Origin: Geobacteraceae bacterium
Lineage (GTDB): Bacteria > Desulfobacterota > Desulfuromonadia > Geobacterales > DSM-12255
Length of the DNA: 55,440 bases
Assembly: GCA_031401815.1 (NCBI GenBank)
Contig: JANNRW010000143.1
Span: 1 to 55,440, forward strand
Direction: 5' to 3'
In this document: in pieces, positions 1 through 9,973 of the stretch
How positions within the stretch are numbered: the first letter of the stretch is position 1
Layout: each line of letters begins with the position of its first letter
The notes under the pieces: model-generated
What the model was told of the DNA's origin: nothing
Database searches by the model: none
The model's input: the letters and a program-made list of their open reading frames with translations, nothing else
Translations under genes and position numbers: made by a program

Positions 1-863
1 AAGCTGAGGCATTAGTGCATAACGTAGCAATCGAGCAGGTGCACTTCCACGAAGTCGGCGCAATCGACTCAATCATCGATATCGTTGCCACAGCCATCGG
101 GCTTGATTATCTGGGCGTAGAGGAGATTCATGCAGCACCCCTGCCATGGGGGAGCGGCTTTGTCGAAACAGCGCATGGCCTTCTGCCTGTCCCGACACCG
201 GCCACGGCAGAGCTGCTGAAAGGTTTGCCAGTGCATGGCAACATAGGTTCAGGAGAGCGTGTCACCCCTACCGGAGCTGCAATTGTTGCAGCACTGGCAG
301 TCAGATGCGGCTCGGCACCTGAGATGACGGTCGAGGCTATAGGTTACGGCGCAGGCGCAAAAGAGTTTGTTGACCGGCCAAACCTGCTCCGTTTGGTACT
401 GGGGGTGCAGACACCGCCGGATAACTCTAACGGGATTGTTGTACTTGAGACCCATATTGATGACATGTCAGGGGAGCTCAGCGGCTTTCTGATGGAGCGT
501 CTTTTTGCAGCCGGAGCGCTGGATGCAGCTTTTACCCCGCTACAGATGAAGAAGAATCGTCCCGGCATAAGATTGACTGTTCTTGCCACTCATGAAAAGC
601 GCGAAGAGCTGGCTCGCCTTATTGTTACTGAATCCACTTCAATAGGGGTTCGCTGGTATACGGCACAGAGGCTGGAGCTATCGCGTGCCTTTGAAAAGCG
701 GGAGACCTCCCTGGGGACGGTCAGTGTAAAGCTGGTATATGAAGACGGGAAAATTCTCAGAATTACCCCTGAATTCGAAGAGTGTCGGCAACTGGCACTT
801 GACAGGGGCTTGCCGCTGCTTGAAGTATACCGGGTGCTGGAAAGGGAGTGCTGCGGCGCATGA
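1..863 (+). CDS. larC: LarC-family (DUF111) nickel insertion protein, 5' end cut by window edge
   Basis: The frame is open from nt 3 with no upstream stop. It carries the HFHEVGAIDSIIDIV motif typical of DUF111/LarC. The stop TGA at 861-863 overlaps the next start (ATGA). Confidence 0.8.
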   Translation, partial: AEALVHNVAIEQVHFHEVGAIDSIIDIVATAIGLDYLGVEEIHAAPLPWGSGFVETAHGLLPVPTPATAELLKGLPVHGNIGSGERVTPTGAAIVAALAVRCGSAPEMTVEAIGYGAGAKEFVDRPNLLRLVLGVQTPPDNSNGIVVLETHIDDMSGELSGFLMERLFAAGALDAAFTPLQMKKNRPGIRLTVLATHEKREELARLIVTESTSIGVRWYTAQRLELSRAFEKRETSLGTVSVKLVYEDGKILRITPEFEECRQLALDRGLPLLEVYRVLERECCGA

Positions 864-1309
864 ACTTTATCATCAAACTCTTTGCAACCTGGGGGGGGAG
901 CGGCTACAGCCCCTTTGCCCCTGGCACTGCCGGAACGCTCGCAGCCATCCCTTTCTACCTCTTGCTGGCGCAGTTGCCGCTCTCGCTTTATCTCGTAACC
1001 CTCCTGGCTTTCTTTTTCCTCGCCTGCTGGATCTCGGGAAGAGCGGAAATGATTTTTGGAGAAAAAGACTGCGGCAAGATTGTAATTGATGAAGTTGCAG
1101 GTTATCTGGTTACCATGGTCGCCATGCCTGTTGACTGGCGCTATATTGTCGCAGGTTTTCTCCTCTTTCGTTTTTTCGATATTGTCAAGTTGCCCCCTGC
1201 CAACTGGTTTGACCGGAAGATGAAAAATGGCTATGGTGTAGTGCTTGACGATATAGCTGCCGGCATTCATGCCTGGGTGGTCTTATGGGTTTTGACGAAA
1301 TTCTGGTGA
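860..1309 (+). CDS. pgpA: phosphatidylglycerophosphatase A
   Basis: PGTAGTLAAIPFY and IDEVAG motifs in a hydrophobic ~150-aa protein. ATG 860 overlaps the larC stop; the GTG at 848 in the ORF track is less likely. Confidence 0.85.
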   Translation: MNFIIKLFATWGGSGYSPFAPGTAGTLAAIPFYLLLAQLPLSLYLVTLLAFFFLACWISGRAEMIFGEKDCGKIVIDEVAGYLVTMVAMPVDWRYIVAGFLLFRFFDIVKLPPANWFDRKMKNGYGVVLDDIAAGIHAWVVLWVLTKFW

Positions 1310-1332
1310 GCAGCAGTGACAACAAGGTGCTG

Positions 1333-1791
1333 ATGGAGCAGAAAGTAGCTGTTTTTTTCCATAACAGCGGGTCTACTCTCTCTCTCGCAGAGTCATGCAG
1401 CGGCGGTCTGATTGCAAAGCGGATTACCGATATTCCGGGCGCTTCAGCCTTTTTTCTGCTTGGGCTTGTAACATACGCCAACAGCGCAAAAACTGATCTG
1501 CTCGGAGTTTCCACCGAACTTCTGGAAAGATACGGCGCAGTCAGTGCAGAGACCGCCTCGGCAATGGCCAACGGCGTACGTGAGCTGACTGGAAGCACGA
1601 TTGCAGTTGCTACAACCGGTATTGCCGGGCCAGATGGCGGGACTCCTGCCAAACCTGTCGGCACGGTTTATATTGCCATTGCTCGCAAGGAGGGTTGTCA
1701 GGTCTATTCATTCAGATTCAGCGGTGGCCGGAAAGAGGTGCGTGAGAGTACTGCTGACAAGGCTTTGGACCTTCTTTTTCAGCATCTTTAG
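1333..1791 (+). CDS. cinA: CinA-family C-terminal domain protein (nicotinamide-nucleotide amidohydrolase PncC-like)
   Basis: LAESCSGGLIA, VTYANSAK and TGIAGPDGG motifs. The start is taken at MEQKVAVFF, downstream of the pgpA stop. Confidence 0.85.
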   Translation: MEQKVAVFFHNSGSTLSLAESCSGGLIAKRITDIPGASAFFLLGLVTYANSAKTDLLGVSTELLERYGAVSAETASAMANGVRELTGSTIAVATTGIAGPDGGTPAKPVGTVYIAIARKEGCQVYSFRFSGGRKEVRESTADKALDLLFQHL

Positions 1792-1900
1792 AAGCTGCTG
1801 CAAAACAATTGTCCAGGTGATGGCGAATAGCTTGAAAATGTTGCTAAATCTGTGTTAAAACTCTGGAACTTCGCTGTACACACAAAGAGGAGATAACTTC

Positions 1901-2914
1901 ATGCAAGAACGCGAGAAAGCGATTGATCTGGCGGTCAGCCAGATAGAAAAACAGTTTGGGAAAGGTGCGATCATGCGTCTGGGAAATGACCAGCCGCTTC
2001 CGGATGTTCCGGCGATCCCGACCGGCGCTCTCTCCCTTGATGTAGCGCTTGGTGTAGGGGGGGTGCCACGCGGCAGGGTTATCGAGGTTTTTGGCCCGGA
2101 ATCATCCGGTAAAACAACGCTTGCCCTCCACATTGTGGCTGAAGCGCAGAAACTGGGCGGAATCGCGGCTTTTATTGATGCAGAGCATGCTCTGGATATC
2201 GGTTATGCCAGGAAACTCGGAGTCAAGACCGATGATCTGCTTGTCTCTCAGCCTGACACCGGAGAACAGGCTCTTGAAATCACCGAAACTCTGGTAAGAA
2301 GCGGTGCCATAGATGTTCTGGTCATTGACTCGGTCGCAGCGCTTGTCCCCAAGGCTGAAATAGAGGGTGACATGGGTGATTCACATATGGGTCTGCAGGC
2401 AAGGCTCATGTCTCAGGCTCTCAGAAAGCTTACCGGCATCATCAGCAAATCCAACTGCTGTGTCATATTCATCAACCAGATAAGGATGAAGATCGGCGTC
2501 ATGTTCGGTAACCCCGAAACAACTACCGGCGGCAATGCCCTCAAATTCTACGCCTCAGTCCGAATGGATATCCGGAAAATTGCAAGCCTCAAGCAAGGTA
2601 ACGATGTGATCGGTTCCCGTACCAGGGTAAAGGTGGTAAAGAACAAGGTGGCACCACCTTTCAAAGAGGTCGAATTCGATATACTCTATGGTGAAGGGAT
2701 CTCCAAAGAGGGGGATCTGCTTGATCTTGCCGTTGACAAAGGGATAGTAGACAAGAGTGGAGCATGGTTTTCCTACGGCAAGGAGCGGATCGGTCAGGGG
2801 CGTGAAAATACCCGGATCTACCTGAAAGAGAGACCCGAGATGTGTGCGGAAATTCGCACCAAACTTCTGGCGACTCTGGGTCTTCCCGGAACTGCCAGTG
2901 TCGCCAAGGAGTAA
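1901..2914 (+). CDS. recA: recombinase RecA
   Basis: Walker [13 protein letters not shown] and full-length RecA similarity. The GAGGAG RBS lies upstream of the ATG. Confidence 0.98.
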   Translation: MQEREKAIDLAVSQIEKQFGKGAIMRLGNDQPLPDVPAIPTGALSLDVALGVGGVPRGRVIEVFGPESSGKTTLALHIVAEAQKLGGIAAFIDAEHALDIGYARKLGVKTDDLLVSQPDTGEQALEITETLVRSGAIDVLVIDSVAALVPKAEIEGDMGDSHMGLQARLMSQALRKLTGIISKSNCCVIFINQIRMKIGVMFGNPETTTGGNALKFYASVRMDIRKIASLKQGNDVIGSRTRVKVVKNKVAPPFKEVEFDILYGEGISKEGDLLDLAVDKGIVDKSGAWFSYGKERIGQGRENTRIYLKERPEMCAEIRTKLLATLGLPGTASVAKE

Positions 2915-2917
2915 TTC

Positions 2918-4072
2918 ATGGAACTGAACGAGATATTGACCATAGCTGTCAAGGCTCGCGCTTCGGATATCCATATAAAAAGCGGCCTTCCGCCGGTAGT
3001 CAGAATAGATGGCAAGCTCAGGCCGATTCCGAACGTTCACCGTATTTCAGGCGAAACTGTTCTTGCCATGGCTCTCTCAATAATGAATCCTCGACAGAAA
3101 CAGCAGTTCGAGGATAATTATGAACTTGATCTGTCATACGGAATCCCTGGAATCTGTCGTTTCCGGGTAAGCGCTTTTCGTCAGCGCGGCAGCGTTGCAA
3201 TCGTTTTTCGGGCGATATCGTTCAATATTCCCAGTCTTGAATCACTTAATCTTCCACCAATCCTTAAGAAAATTGCTCTGGAAGAGCGTGGAATGATCCT
3301 GGTCACAGGCACAACCGGGAGCGGCAAATCCTCAACCCTTGCAGCTATGACCGATTTTATCAATGAAAACAGAACCTGTAACATCATAACCGTTGAAGAC
3401 CCGGTTGAATTTCTTCACCGCGACAAGAAAAGCATTATCAGCCAGCGCGAAGTCGGCTTTGATACCCTCTCTTTTGCTGCTGCGCTTAAAGGGGCATTGC
3501 GGCAGGATCCGGACGTTATCCTGGTTGGTGAAATGCGGGATCTTGAAACTATTGAAACAGCCCTGACCGCCTCCGAGACAGGACACCTGGTCATGTCCAC
3601 CCTGCATACACTTGATGCAGCCGAAACCATTAACCGAATAATTTCTGTTTTCCCTCCATACCACCAGAGGCAAGTCAGAATGCAGCTCTCCTCTGTCATC
3701 AAGGGGGTTGTTTCCCAGCGCCTTGTCCCCCGTATCGACGGCAAGGGGCGCGTTCCTGCAGTAGAGGTCATGGTCGGAACTGCAAGGATAAAGGAGTGTA
3801 TTGACGACAAGGAAAAAACCAAGCAGATTCCGGATGCCATTGCACAGGGGTTTACCACTTACGGCATGCAGACTTTTGATCAGTCGCTCATGCAACTTTT
3901 TTCAAGCAAGCTGATCAGTTACGAAGAGGCTCTGCGGCAATCTACAAATCCGGATGACTTTGCCCTCAAAATCTCCGGTATCTCCTCAACTTCCGACAGC
4001 TCCTGGGATCAATTCTCTGACGAAACAACCGATGCGCCAACCGAAGAGGATTCCAATATTGAAAGGTTCTGA
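2918..4072 (+). CDS. pilT: type IV pilus retraction ATPase PilT-family paralog
   Basis: ASDIHIKSGLPPVVRIDG N-terminus, Walker A GTTGSGKSST, and the TLHT and GMQTFDQSL motifs. It has an acidic C-terminal tail. Confidence 0.9.
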   Translation: MELNEILTIAVKARASDIHIKSGLPPVVRIDGKLRPIPNVHRISGETVLAMALSIMNPRQKQQFEDNYELDLSYGIPGICRFRVSAFRQRGSVAIVFRAISFNIPSLESLNLPPILKKIALEERGMILVTGTTGSGKSSTLAAMTDFINENRTCNIITVEDPVEFLHRDKKSIISQREVGFDTLSFAAALKGALRQDPDVILVGEMRDLETIETALTASETGHLVMSTLHTLDAAETINRIISVFPPYHQRQVRMQLSSVIKGVVSQRLVPRIDGKGRVPAVEVMVGTARIKECIDDKEKTKQIPDAIAQGFTTYGMQTFDQSLMQLFSSKLISYEEALRQSTNPDDFALKISGISSTSDSSWDQFSDETTDAPTEEDSNIERF

Positions 4073-4562
4073 AACGCCTGCATCAGAAGATGCCTACCTG
4101 CGGGGATTGAATCTTCTTGCCCGCAGGGATCATGGCACTGCAGAGCTCAGAAACAAGCTGAAGACAAAAGGTTTTTCACCCGAAGCAATCAATCTTGCAG
4201 TATTACGGCTTTCGGATCAGGGTCTTCTGGATGACGCAAAGTTTTCAGCCCGATGGGTGGATTCGGCACTTCGCAATGGCCGTGGCTACGGTGCAAGGCT
4301 TTTGCAGGAGCTATTGAGAAAAGGGATTCCAGGAGAAATTGCTCAATTGGCTGTTTCTGAAGCTGGAGCTGAAAACTCCTCGGAGCAGGTTCTTGCCTCC
4401 ATTATCGCAAAACGCTTTGCCGCATTTAATCATGACGGAGCAACACTGAAAGAGCGGCAGAGGGTCTACAGCTACCTGCAACGCAGAGGATTTTCGCTTT
4501 CAGATATCATGAACTATTTTAGACTGTTACGACTTGAGTCTTTAGAGAATGAGCAAATCTGA
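4032..4562 (+). CDS. recX: recombination regulator RecX
   Basis: LLARRDHGTAELRNKL and repeated three-helix RecX units. The start is uncertain: ATG 4032 overlaps pilT by 41 nt, and TTG 4059 is an alternative. The ORF-track start at 3954 is rejected. Confidence 0.8.
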   Translation: MRQPKRIPILKGSETPASEDAYLRGLNLLARRDHGTAELRNKLKTKGFSPEAINLAVLRLSDQGLLDDAKFSARWVDSALRNGRGYGARLLQELLRKGIPGEIAQLAVSEAGAENSSEQVLASIIAKRFAAFNHDGATLKERQRVYSYLQRRGFSLSDIMNYFRLLRLESLENEQI

Positions 4563-4570
4563 CCTTCAAT

Positions 4571-4655
4571 AGAACGCGGATGACGCGGATTTAACGGATT
4601 TGCGCGGATCTTAGACCCTTTTTTCTGTTTTATCCGTGTAAATCCGCTCAAATCA
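4571..4655. repeat. family B intergenic palindromic element (GCGGAT/ATCCGC words), copy 1
   Basis: gaacgcggatgacgcggatttaacggat...atccgtgtaaatccgctcaaatcagat aligns with 53888-53975 in the same orientation. Confidence 0.75.
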
Positions 4656-4811
4656 GATGCTCTCGTAAATTTTCTAAACAAGTCCCCACCCCCCTGGCGG
4701 GGGAGGGTCAGGGTGGGGGGGAAGGTGCTATGATATCAGTAGGTTGTGACTTCACCCACCCCCAGACCCCCTCCCGTCAAGGGAGGGGGAAAAGACTTTT
4801 TCGAGTGCATC
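4656..4811. repeat. family A MITE-like element (~157 bp, 14-bp terminal inverted repeats, two G/C-rich side hairpins), copy 1
   Basis: The reverse complement aligns almost base-for-base with 25128-25285 and 30926-31082. The termini are cagatgctctcgtaa / ttcgagtgcatc. Confidence 0.85.
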
Positions 4812-4851
4812 TGAGTTGTTCTACAGAATTATAATTTGAGGAGTGAAATAG

Positions 4852-7500
4852 ATGACAGGCAATGAGTTGCGAGCAAAATTTCTTGAATATTTCGAGCAGA
4901 ATGGCCACACAATAGTGGCAAGTTCCGGTCTTGTACCGCATAACGACCCTACACTGCTCTTTACCAACGCGGGAATGAATCAGTTCAAGGACTGCTTTCT
5001 CGGCATGGAGAAACGGGAGTATCTGCGTGCTGCCAGTTCACAGAAGTGCGTCAGGGCCGGAGGCAAGCATAATGACCTTGAAAATGTCGGTCGCACAGCA
5101 AGGCATCATACATTTTTTGAGATGCTGGGTAATTTCTCTTTTGGCGACTACTTCAAGAACGAAGCGATCGCACTTGCCTGGCGTTTTTTGACCCAGGAGC
5201 TGAAGCTCGACAAGGATCGTCTCTATGTAACTGTTTTCACTGATGATGATGAAGCAGCACAGATCTGGCACAGGCAGGAAGGGGTGCCAATGGAGAGAAT
5301 CTACCGTTTCGGCGAAAAAGATAACTTCTGGTCAATGGGTGACACCGGCCCCTGCGGCCCCTGTACGGAAATATTCTGGGATAATGGCGAGGGAACCGGC
5401 TGCGGAAGTCCGGTCTGCGCTGTAGGTTGTGACTGCGACCGGTATATGGAGATCTGGAACAATGTATTCATGCAGTTCAACCGTTCAGCAGACGGTAATC
5501 TGGCACCTCTCCCGAAGCCTGCTGTTGACACCGGCATGGGACTAGAACGTATAGCAACCGTCATGCAGGGGAAGAAATCAAACTATGATACCGATCTCCT
5601 CCAGGGTATTATTCAGTTTATCGCCAGGCTGTCCGGTAAAAAATATCTCTCAAATGATCGCGATGATGTCTCGATGCGAGTCATCGCCGACCATGCACGG
5701 GCTGTCACTTTTCTCATCTCTGACGGAGTTCTCCCTTCCAACGAGGGTCGCGGATATGTTTTGCGGCGAATTATGCGAAGAGCCGCCCGTCATGCCAAGA
5801 TGCTCGGTTTTGCCGAACCTGTTCTCTACAGGACAGTTGATCCGGTAAATGCGATTATGGGTGAAGCTTTCCCCGAGCTTCTGGAGCGGGAAGCGTATGT
5901 TAAAAAGGTGATCCTGGCAGAAGAAGAGCGATTTACTGAAACACTTGACAGAGGACTTGCAATCCTTAACGAAGAGGTTGACAAACTCAAACATGCCGGA
6001 AAGACACTCCTTTCAGGCGAAGCTGTTTTCAAACTCTATGACACATTCGGTTTTCCTGTCGATCTGACTGCTGATATCATAGATGCCGAAGGCATGACAA
6101 TCGATGAAGACGGCTTTGCCCTCTGCATGGAAAAGCAGAGGAATCAGGCAAGAGAGCACTGGAAAGGCTCCGGCGAAGAGGGGATTGCCGATATCTTCAA
6201 AACCCTCCACAATGATGGTTTGAGAAGCGAATTTACCGGATATGATGAACGAAGCAGTTACTCTGTTGTCAGGGCACTGGTTGTAAAGGGGGTTTCGGTT
6301 AACGAAGCAAAACCTGGGGAGATGGTTGATGTTGTAACCGAAGCAACACCATTTTACGGCGCTTCGGGCGGCCAGGCTGGTGACACCGGCTCAATCTCGA
6401 CTGGCGGGGCTCACCTGGAGGTCAACGAAACCCTTAGACCCTTCATTGACCTGATCATCCACCGCTGTTTCATTAAAGACGGCACTATACGAACCGGTGA
6501 AGCTGTAGATCTGAGAGTTGACTCTTTCAGAAGGGTTGCTACAGCACGTAATCACACTGCCACGCATCTGCTTCAGTCTGCACTAAGGACTCTGCTCGGC
6601 GAGCATGTGAAACAGGCCGGTTCTCTTGTCGAACCTGAGCGTCTCCGTTTTGACTTTACCCATTTTTCGGCAATGACTACAGATGAAATCCGGAAAGTGG
6701 AAGAGCTGGTAAACGGATATATAATGATGAATGCACAGGTTGATTCAGAAGAGATGGCAGCTGTTGACGCAATTTCCGGAGGGGCAACCGCTCTTTTCGG
6801 CGAAAAGTACGGTGACAGGGTCAGAGTTGTAAAGGTTGACAATGTCAGCATGGAGTTGTGCGGCGGTACACATGTCTCCGCAGCAGGCGACATCGGCCTT
6901 TTCAAGATTTACAGCGAAGGGGGGATTGCGGCCGGAGTGAGACGGATTGAGGCACTCACTGGCAGCGGGGCGCTCTCCTTCATACAGCAGATGGAAGATG
7001 AAAAGAGGCAACTGGCGGCACTTGTAAAAGCAGAAGGCGGGGGTATAATTGACAGGGTCGAACGGATTCTCGCAAGACAGAAGGATCTGCAACGGGAAAT
7101 TGAGACCCTTCAGGCACAGGTTAATGTCGGCAAGTCAAATGACCTTCTTGCTGAGATACGCCAAATTGACGGAGTAAATATTCTTGCAGTAAAAGTCGTT
7201 GTTGATGACATCAGGAAACTGCGCGAACTCTCAGATTCACTTAAAGACCGGCTCGGCTCCGGTGTGATCGCACTAGGCGCGGAGATAAGCGGAAAGGCTA
7301 CACTGCTTGTAGCAGTAACAAATGATCTGACCGGGCGCTTCAAGGCCGGAGAACTGATCCGCGAAATGGCTCCCCTTATCGGCGGAAGCGGCGGTGGCAA
7401 GGCTGAGCTGGCTCAGGCAGGTGGCAGCATAGTTGAAAACCTGCAGAGCTCGCTTGATAAACTTTATTCCATTATTCCGACTGGAGTGAGTAATAATTGA
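4852..7500 (+). CDS. alaS: alanine--tRNA ligase
   Basis: [18 protein letters not shown], editing-site HTATHLL and a C-terminal GGSGGGK (DHHA1) motif; 882 aa. Confidence 0.98.
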   Translation: MTGNELRAKFLEYFEQNGHTIVASSGLVPHNDPTLLFTNAGMNQFKDCFLGMEKREYLRAASSQKCVRAGGKHNDLENVGRTARHHTFFEMLGNFSFGDYFKNEAIALAWRFLTQELKLDKDRLYVTVFTDDDEAAQIWHRQEGVPMERIYRFGEKDNFWSMGDTGPCGPCTEIFWDNGEGTGCGSPVCAVGCDCDRYMEIWNNVFMQFNRSADGNLAPLPKPAVDTGMGLERIATVMQGKKSNYDTDLLQGIIQFIARLSGKKYLSNDRDDVSMRVIADHARAVTFLISDGVLPSNEGRGYVLRRIMRRAARHAKMLGFAEPVLYRTVDPVNAIMGEAFPELLEREAYVKKVILAEEERFTETLDRGLAILNEEVDKLKHAGKTLLSGEAVFKLYDTFGFPVDLTADIIDAEGMTIDEDGFALCMEKQRNQAREHWKGSGEEGIADIFKTLHNDGLRSEFTGYDERSSYSVVRALVVKGVSVNEAKPGEMVDVVTEATPFYGASGGQAGDTGSISTGGAHLEVNETLRPFIDLIIHRCFIKDGTIRTGEAVDLRVDSFRRVATARNHTATHLLQSALRTLLGEHVKQAGSLVEPERLRFDFTHFSAMTTDEIRKVEELVNGYIMMNAQVDSEEMAAVDAISGGATALFGEKYGDRVRVVKVDNVSMELCGGTHVSAAGDIGLFKIYSEGGIAAGVRRIEALTGSGALSFIQQMEDEKRQLAALVKAEGGGIIDRVERILARQKDLQREIETLQAQVNVGKSNDLLAEIRQIDGVNILAVKVVVDDIRKLRELSDSLKDRLGSGVIALGAEISGKATLLVAVTNDLTGRFKAGELIREMAPLIGGSGGGKAELAQAGGSIVENLQSSLDKLYSIIPTGVSNN

Positions 7501-8627
7501 TGCCTGATCTCTTGCAAAAACACCAGAATCCTCCCCAGGGGAAATCTGAAAAAACCATTCTGATCGTTGATGACGAGGCGATAATCCGTGATCTATGTAT
7601 CAAGGCAATCAAGGGGTATCACCTCATGGAAGCCGGGAGTGGTGCTGAGGCGCTTGATCTTTTTGACAAGGGGGGGATTGATGTCATCCTGACTGATGTC
7701 ATGATGCCGGGAATGGACGGCATAGAGCTCCTTAAGCAGCTAAAAGAGAAGGATCCGACAATAGTTGTAATCGTAATGACCGGTTTTGCTGAAAAAGACC
7801 TGGTTCTGAACGCTCTGAAGGCAGATGCTGACGACTTCATATCCAAACCGCTCAACCTGCTACAGCTCAAAACTGCGATAGACAAGGCACTGGTTAAAAA
7901 GGCTCTTAAAGAGGAGATTGCTACTCTCAAGTCGCTTGACCGTCTCAAGTCCAATTTTCTCTCCACAATTTCACACAAATTCAGAACACCGCTAACTGCC
8001 ATTTCACTCTTTCTGCAAAATCTGGCAGATGGAGTCTACTCTGCTGATGACCCCTTCTTCAAAATGAATGTAAAGCTGGTGTCTGGTGAATCAGCTTATC
8101 TGGAGCGGCTGGTTTCAGATCTTCTGGTTTTTACCAGGATGATGGATACTGGTGAGATGTTGCGACTGGAGCCATGCTCACTTGCAAAAGTTATTCAGAC
8201 CATACTTGCCGAATCTTCTGAAATTGCAAACAAACCTGCTATTGAAGCTGTTCTGGATATTGAAAAAGTCCCCCCGCTCAAACTGGATATTGATAAAATA
8301 TCCTTTGCCCTTAAACAGATAATTGAAAATGCCTACAAATTCTCCGGAGAAGAGGGGAAAGTTACCATCTCGTTGCGCAAGGATGATAAATTTTATACCC
8401 TGGTTGTTGCTGACAGGGGCATGGGGATTTCTTTAGAAGAAATACCTAAAATATGCGAGAAATTTTACCAGATTGACCCGCACAACACCGGCCAGGTCAG
8501 AGGATTTGGTCTTGGACTTTACTATGCCAGAGACTTTATACAGAGGCATGGGGGGTCACTAAGAATTGAGAGCGATCAGGATATGGGAACAAGGGTTACA
8601 GTTTCCCTTTCGGCAGACAAGGATTAA
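7500..8627 (+). CDS. hybrid response-regulator/histidine kinase (REC-HisKA-HATPase, no sensor domain)
   Basis: Canonical REC (ILIVDDE, ILTDVMMPGMDG, ISKP), H-box ISHKFRTPL and G-box GFGLGL. The ATG overlaps the alaS TGA (TGATG). Confidence 0.85.
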   Translation: MPDLLQKHQNPPQGKSEKTILIVDDEAIIRDLCIKAIKGYHLMEAGSGAEALDLFDKGGIDVILTDVMMPGMDGIELLKQLKEKDPTIVVIVMTGFAEKDLVLNALKADADDFISKPLNLLQLKTAIDKALVKKALKEEIATLKSLDRLKSNFLSTISHKFRTPLTAISLFLQNLADGVYSADDPFFKMNVKLVSGESAYLERLVSDLLVFTRMMDTGEMLRLEPCSLAKVIQTILAESSEIANKPAIEAVLDIEKVPPLKLDIDKISFALKQIIENAYKFSGEEGKVTISLRKDDKFYTLVVADRGMGISLEEIPKICEKFYQIDPHNTGQVRGFGLGLYYARDFIQRHGGSLRIESDQDMGTRVTVSLSADKD

Positions 8628-8646
8628 TTTCAGCCAAAGGTGATGC

Positions 8647-8674
8647 TTGATTTTTTTTGCCGAGAGTCTATATT
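8647..8674 (+). promoter_or_regulatory. sigma-70-like promoter for trxA
   Basis: TTGATT, a 16-nt spacer, then TATATT, about 35 nt upstream of the trxA RBS AAGGAG. Confidence 0.45.
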
Positions 8675-8708
8675 GAGATGACCGTTATTAACCAAGGAGA
8701 TTATAATT

Positions 8709-9038
8709 ATGGCAAGTGACAAGGTTTTGACCCTGAGCGACGATAATTTCGATGCAGACGTGCTTAAATCCGTTCAGCCCGTTCTGGTGGATTTCTGGGC
8801 AACATGGTGCGCACCCTGCAAGGCAATTGCTCCTACCCTGGATGCAATCGCCAGCGAATATGATGGCAAGATTAAAGTTGGCAAGGTTAATGTTGATGAA
8901 AACCAGGGAACTCCCGCAAAATACGGCGTCAGAGGCATTCCTACCATCATCCTCTTTAAGGATGGCAAAGTTGTTGATCAGGTAGTTGGAGCTGTCCCTA
9001 AAAGCCAGCTTGAGGCTCTGATAAACAAGGCACTGTAA
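8709..9038 (+). CDS. trxA: thioredoxin
   Basis: 109-aa classic Trx fold sequence ([24 protein letters not shown]). The active site reads WCAPC rather than WCGPC. Confidence 0.93.
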   Translation: MASDKVLTLSDDNFDADVLKSVQPVLVDFWATWCAPCKAIAPTLDAIASEYDGKIKVGKVNVDENQGTPAKYGVRGIPTIILFKDGKVVDQVVGAVPKSQLEALINKAL

Positions 9039-9145
9039 TACTTCTTCCTCACTAAAATCTTACTATCTTTGTCTGAACAAAAAATTCTGCAAAAATGTTT
9101 TTCAAAGTGCGCAACCATTCGGCACCAAAATCTAACCCCTCCTGT

Positions 9146-9169
9146 CCTCCCCTTACTTAAGGGGAGGGA
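9146..9169. repeat. solitary G/C-rich stem-loop related to the side hairpins of family A, between convergent trxA and radC
   Basis: tcctcccctta-ctt-aaggggaggga is a near-perfect hairpin. It may serve as a bidirectional terminator, but there is no clear U-tract. Confidence 0.4.
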
Positions 9170-9192
9170 CGCTCGAAGAGGCGTTGGCAGCA

Positions 9193-9966
9193 TTACCGTC
9201 TTATCTTCCTGAAGCGTCCCCCCGCTTGAGACAAGAGGGGGACAGGGGGAGTTATGATACTATCCTGAATAGTTTCATTTAAAGCAGCCCCTGCTCTACA
9301 AAACTGCTTGCCATCACCTATAATGATATGGTCGAGAACCCTGATCCCCATGATTTCACCGCACTCTTTGAGCCTGCGGGTTATCTCCCGGTCTTCCCGG
9401 CTGGGTGCCGGATCACCGGATGGGTGATTATGCACAAGGATTATTGCTGCTGCCGACTCTTTTACCGCAGGGTTGAATACCTCGCGCGGGTGTACGATGC
9501 TCTGGTTGAGTGACCCTTCTGATATCTGTTTCTCAGCAATAATCCGGTTTTTCCCATCCAGCAGAAGTATCATAAAGTACTCTTTCCGCCGGTCGCTGAA
9601 ACGGTAATGGAAATGATCGAAAATCTGTAACGGGGTGGTAAATCGCTCAAGATTCTCCAGTCGGGTAGTTTTCAGCCGTTTGGCCAGTGTCAAGGCAGCA
9701 AGAATGGAGCAAGACTTGGCAAGCCCGGCCCCCTTGACTGAACTGATCTCGCTCAAGGCAGCAGCTGACAGATTGCGCAGATCTCCGAATTTGAGCAGAA
9801 GATTCCGGCCAAGATCTATGGCGCTCTGCCCTGAAGAGTGATCCCCTGTCCGGATAATCAGCGCCAGAAGTTCAGCATCAGTCAAGGCATCCGCCCCCTG
9901 CTTCTGCATCTTCTCCCTTGGACGCTCGTCTGACGGCCACTCCCTGATCCCTCCGGGCATAAACAT
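9193..9966 (-). CDS. radC: RadC-family JAB-domain protein
   Basis: PSDERPREKM N-terminus, HhH region and JAMM motif HNHPSGDPAPS. The start is taken at ATG 9966/9960, just after AGGAGG and downstream of the uppP stop. Confidence 0.88.
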   Translation of the reverse strand: MFMPGGIREWPSDERPREKMQKQGADALTDAELLALIIRTGDHSSGQSAIDLGRNLLLKFGDLRNLSAAALSEISSVKGAGLAKSCSILAALTLAKRLKTTRLENLERFTTPLQIFDHFHYRFSDRRKEYFMILLLDGKNRIIAEKQISEGSLNQSIVHPREVFNPAVKESAAAIILVHNHPSGDPAPSREDREITRRLKECGEIMGIRVLDHIIIGDGKQFCRAGAALNETIQDSIITPPVPLLSQAGGRFRKIRR

Positions 9967-9973
9967 TTTCCTC

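Noticed and set aside
590-1270. 226-aa minus-strand ORF, and many similar antisense ORFs through the window (e.g. 3332-3895, 35409-35927, 38345-38716, 40096-40560).
   Set aside because: They lie fully antisense to genes with strong family motifs. They lack an RBS and have the skewed Ser/Arg/Pro-rich composition typical of shadow frames in GC-balanced coding DNA.
3954-4031. Long N-terminal extension of recX proposed by the ORF track.
   Set aside because: It would overlap pilT by 119 nt and encodes low-complexity Pro/Ser sequence. RecX homology begins near residue 45 of the track ORF.
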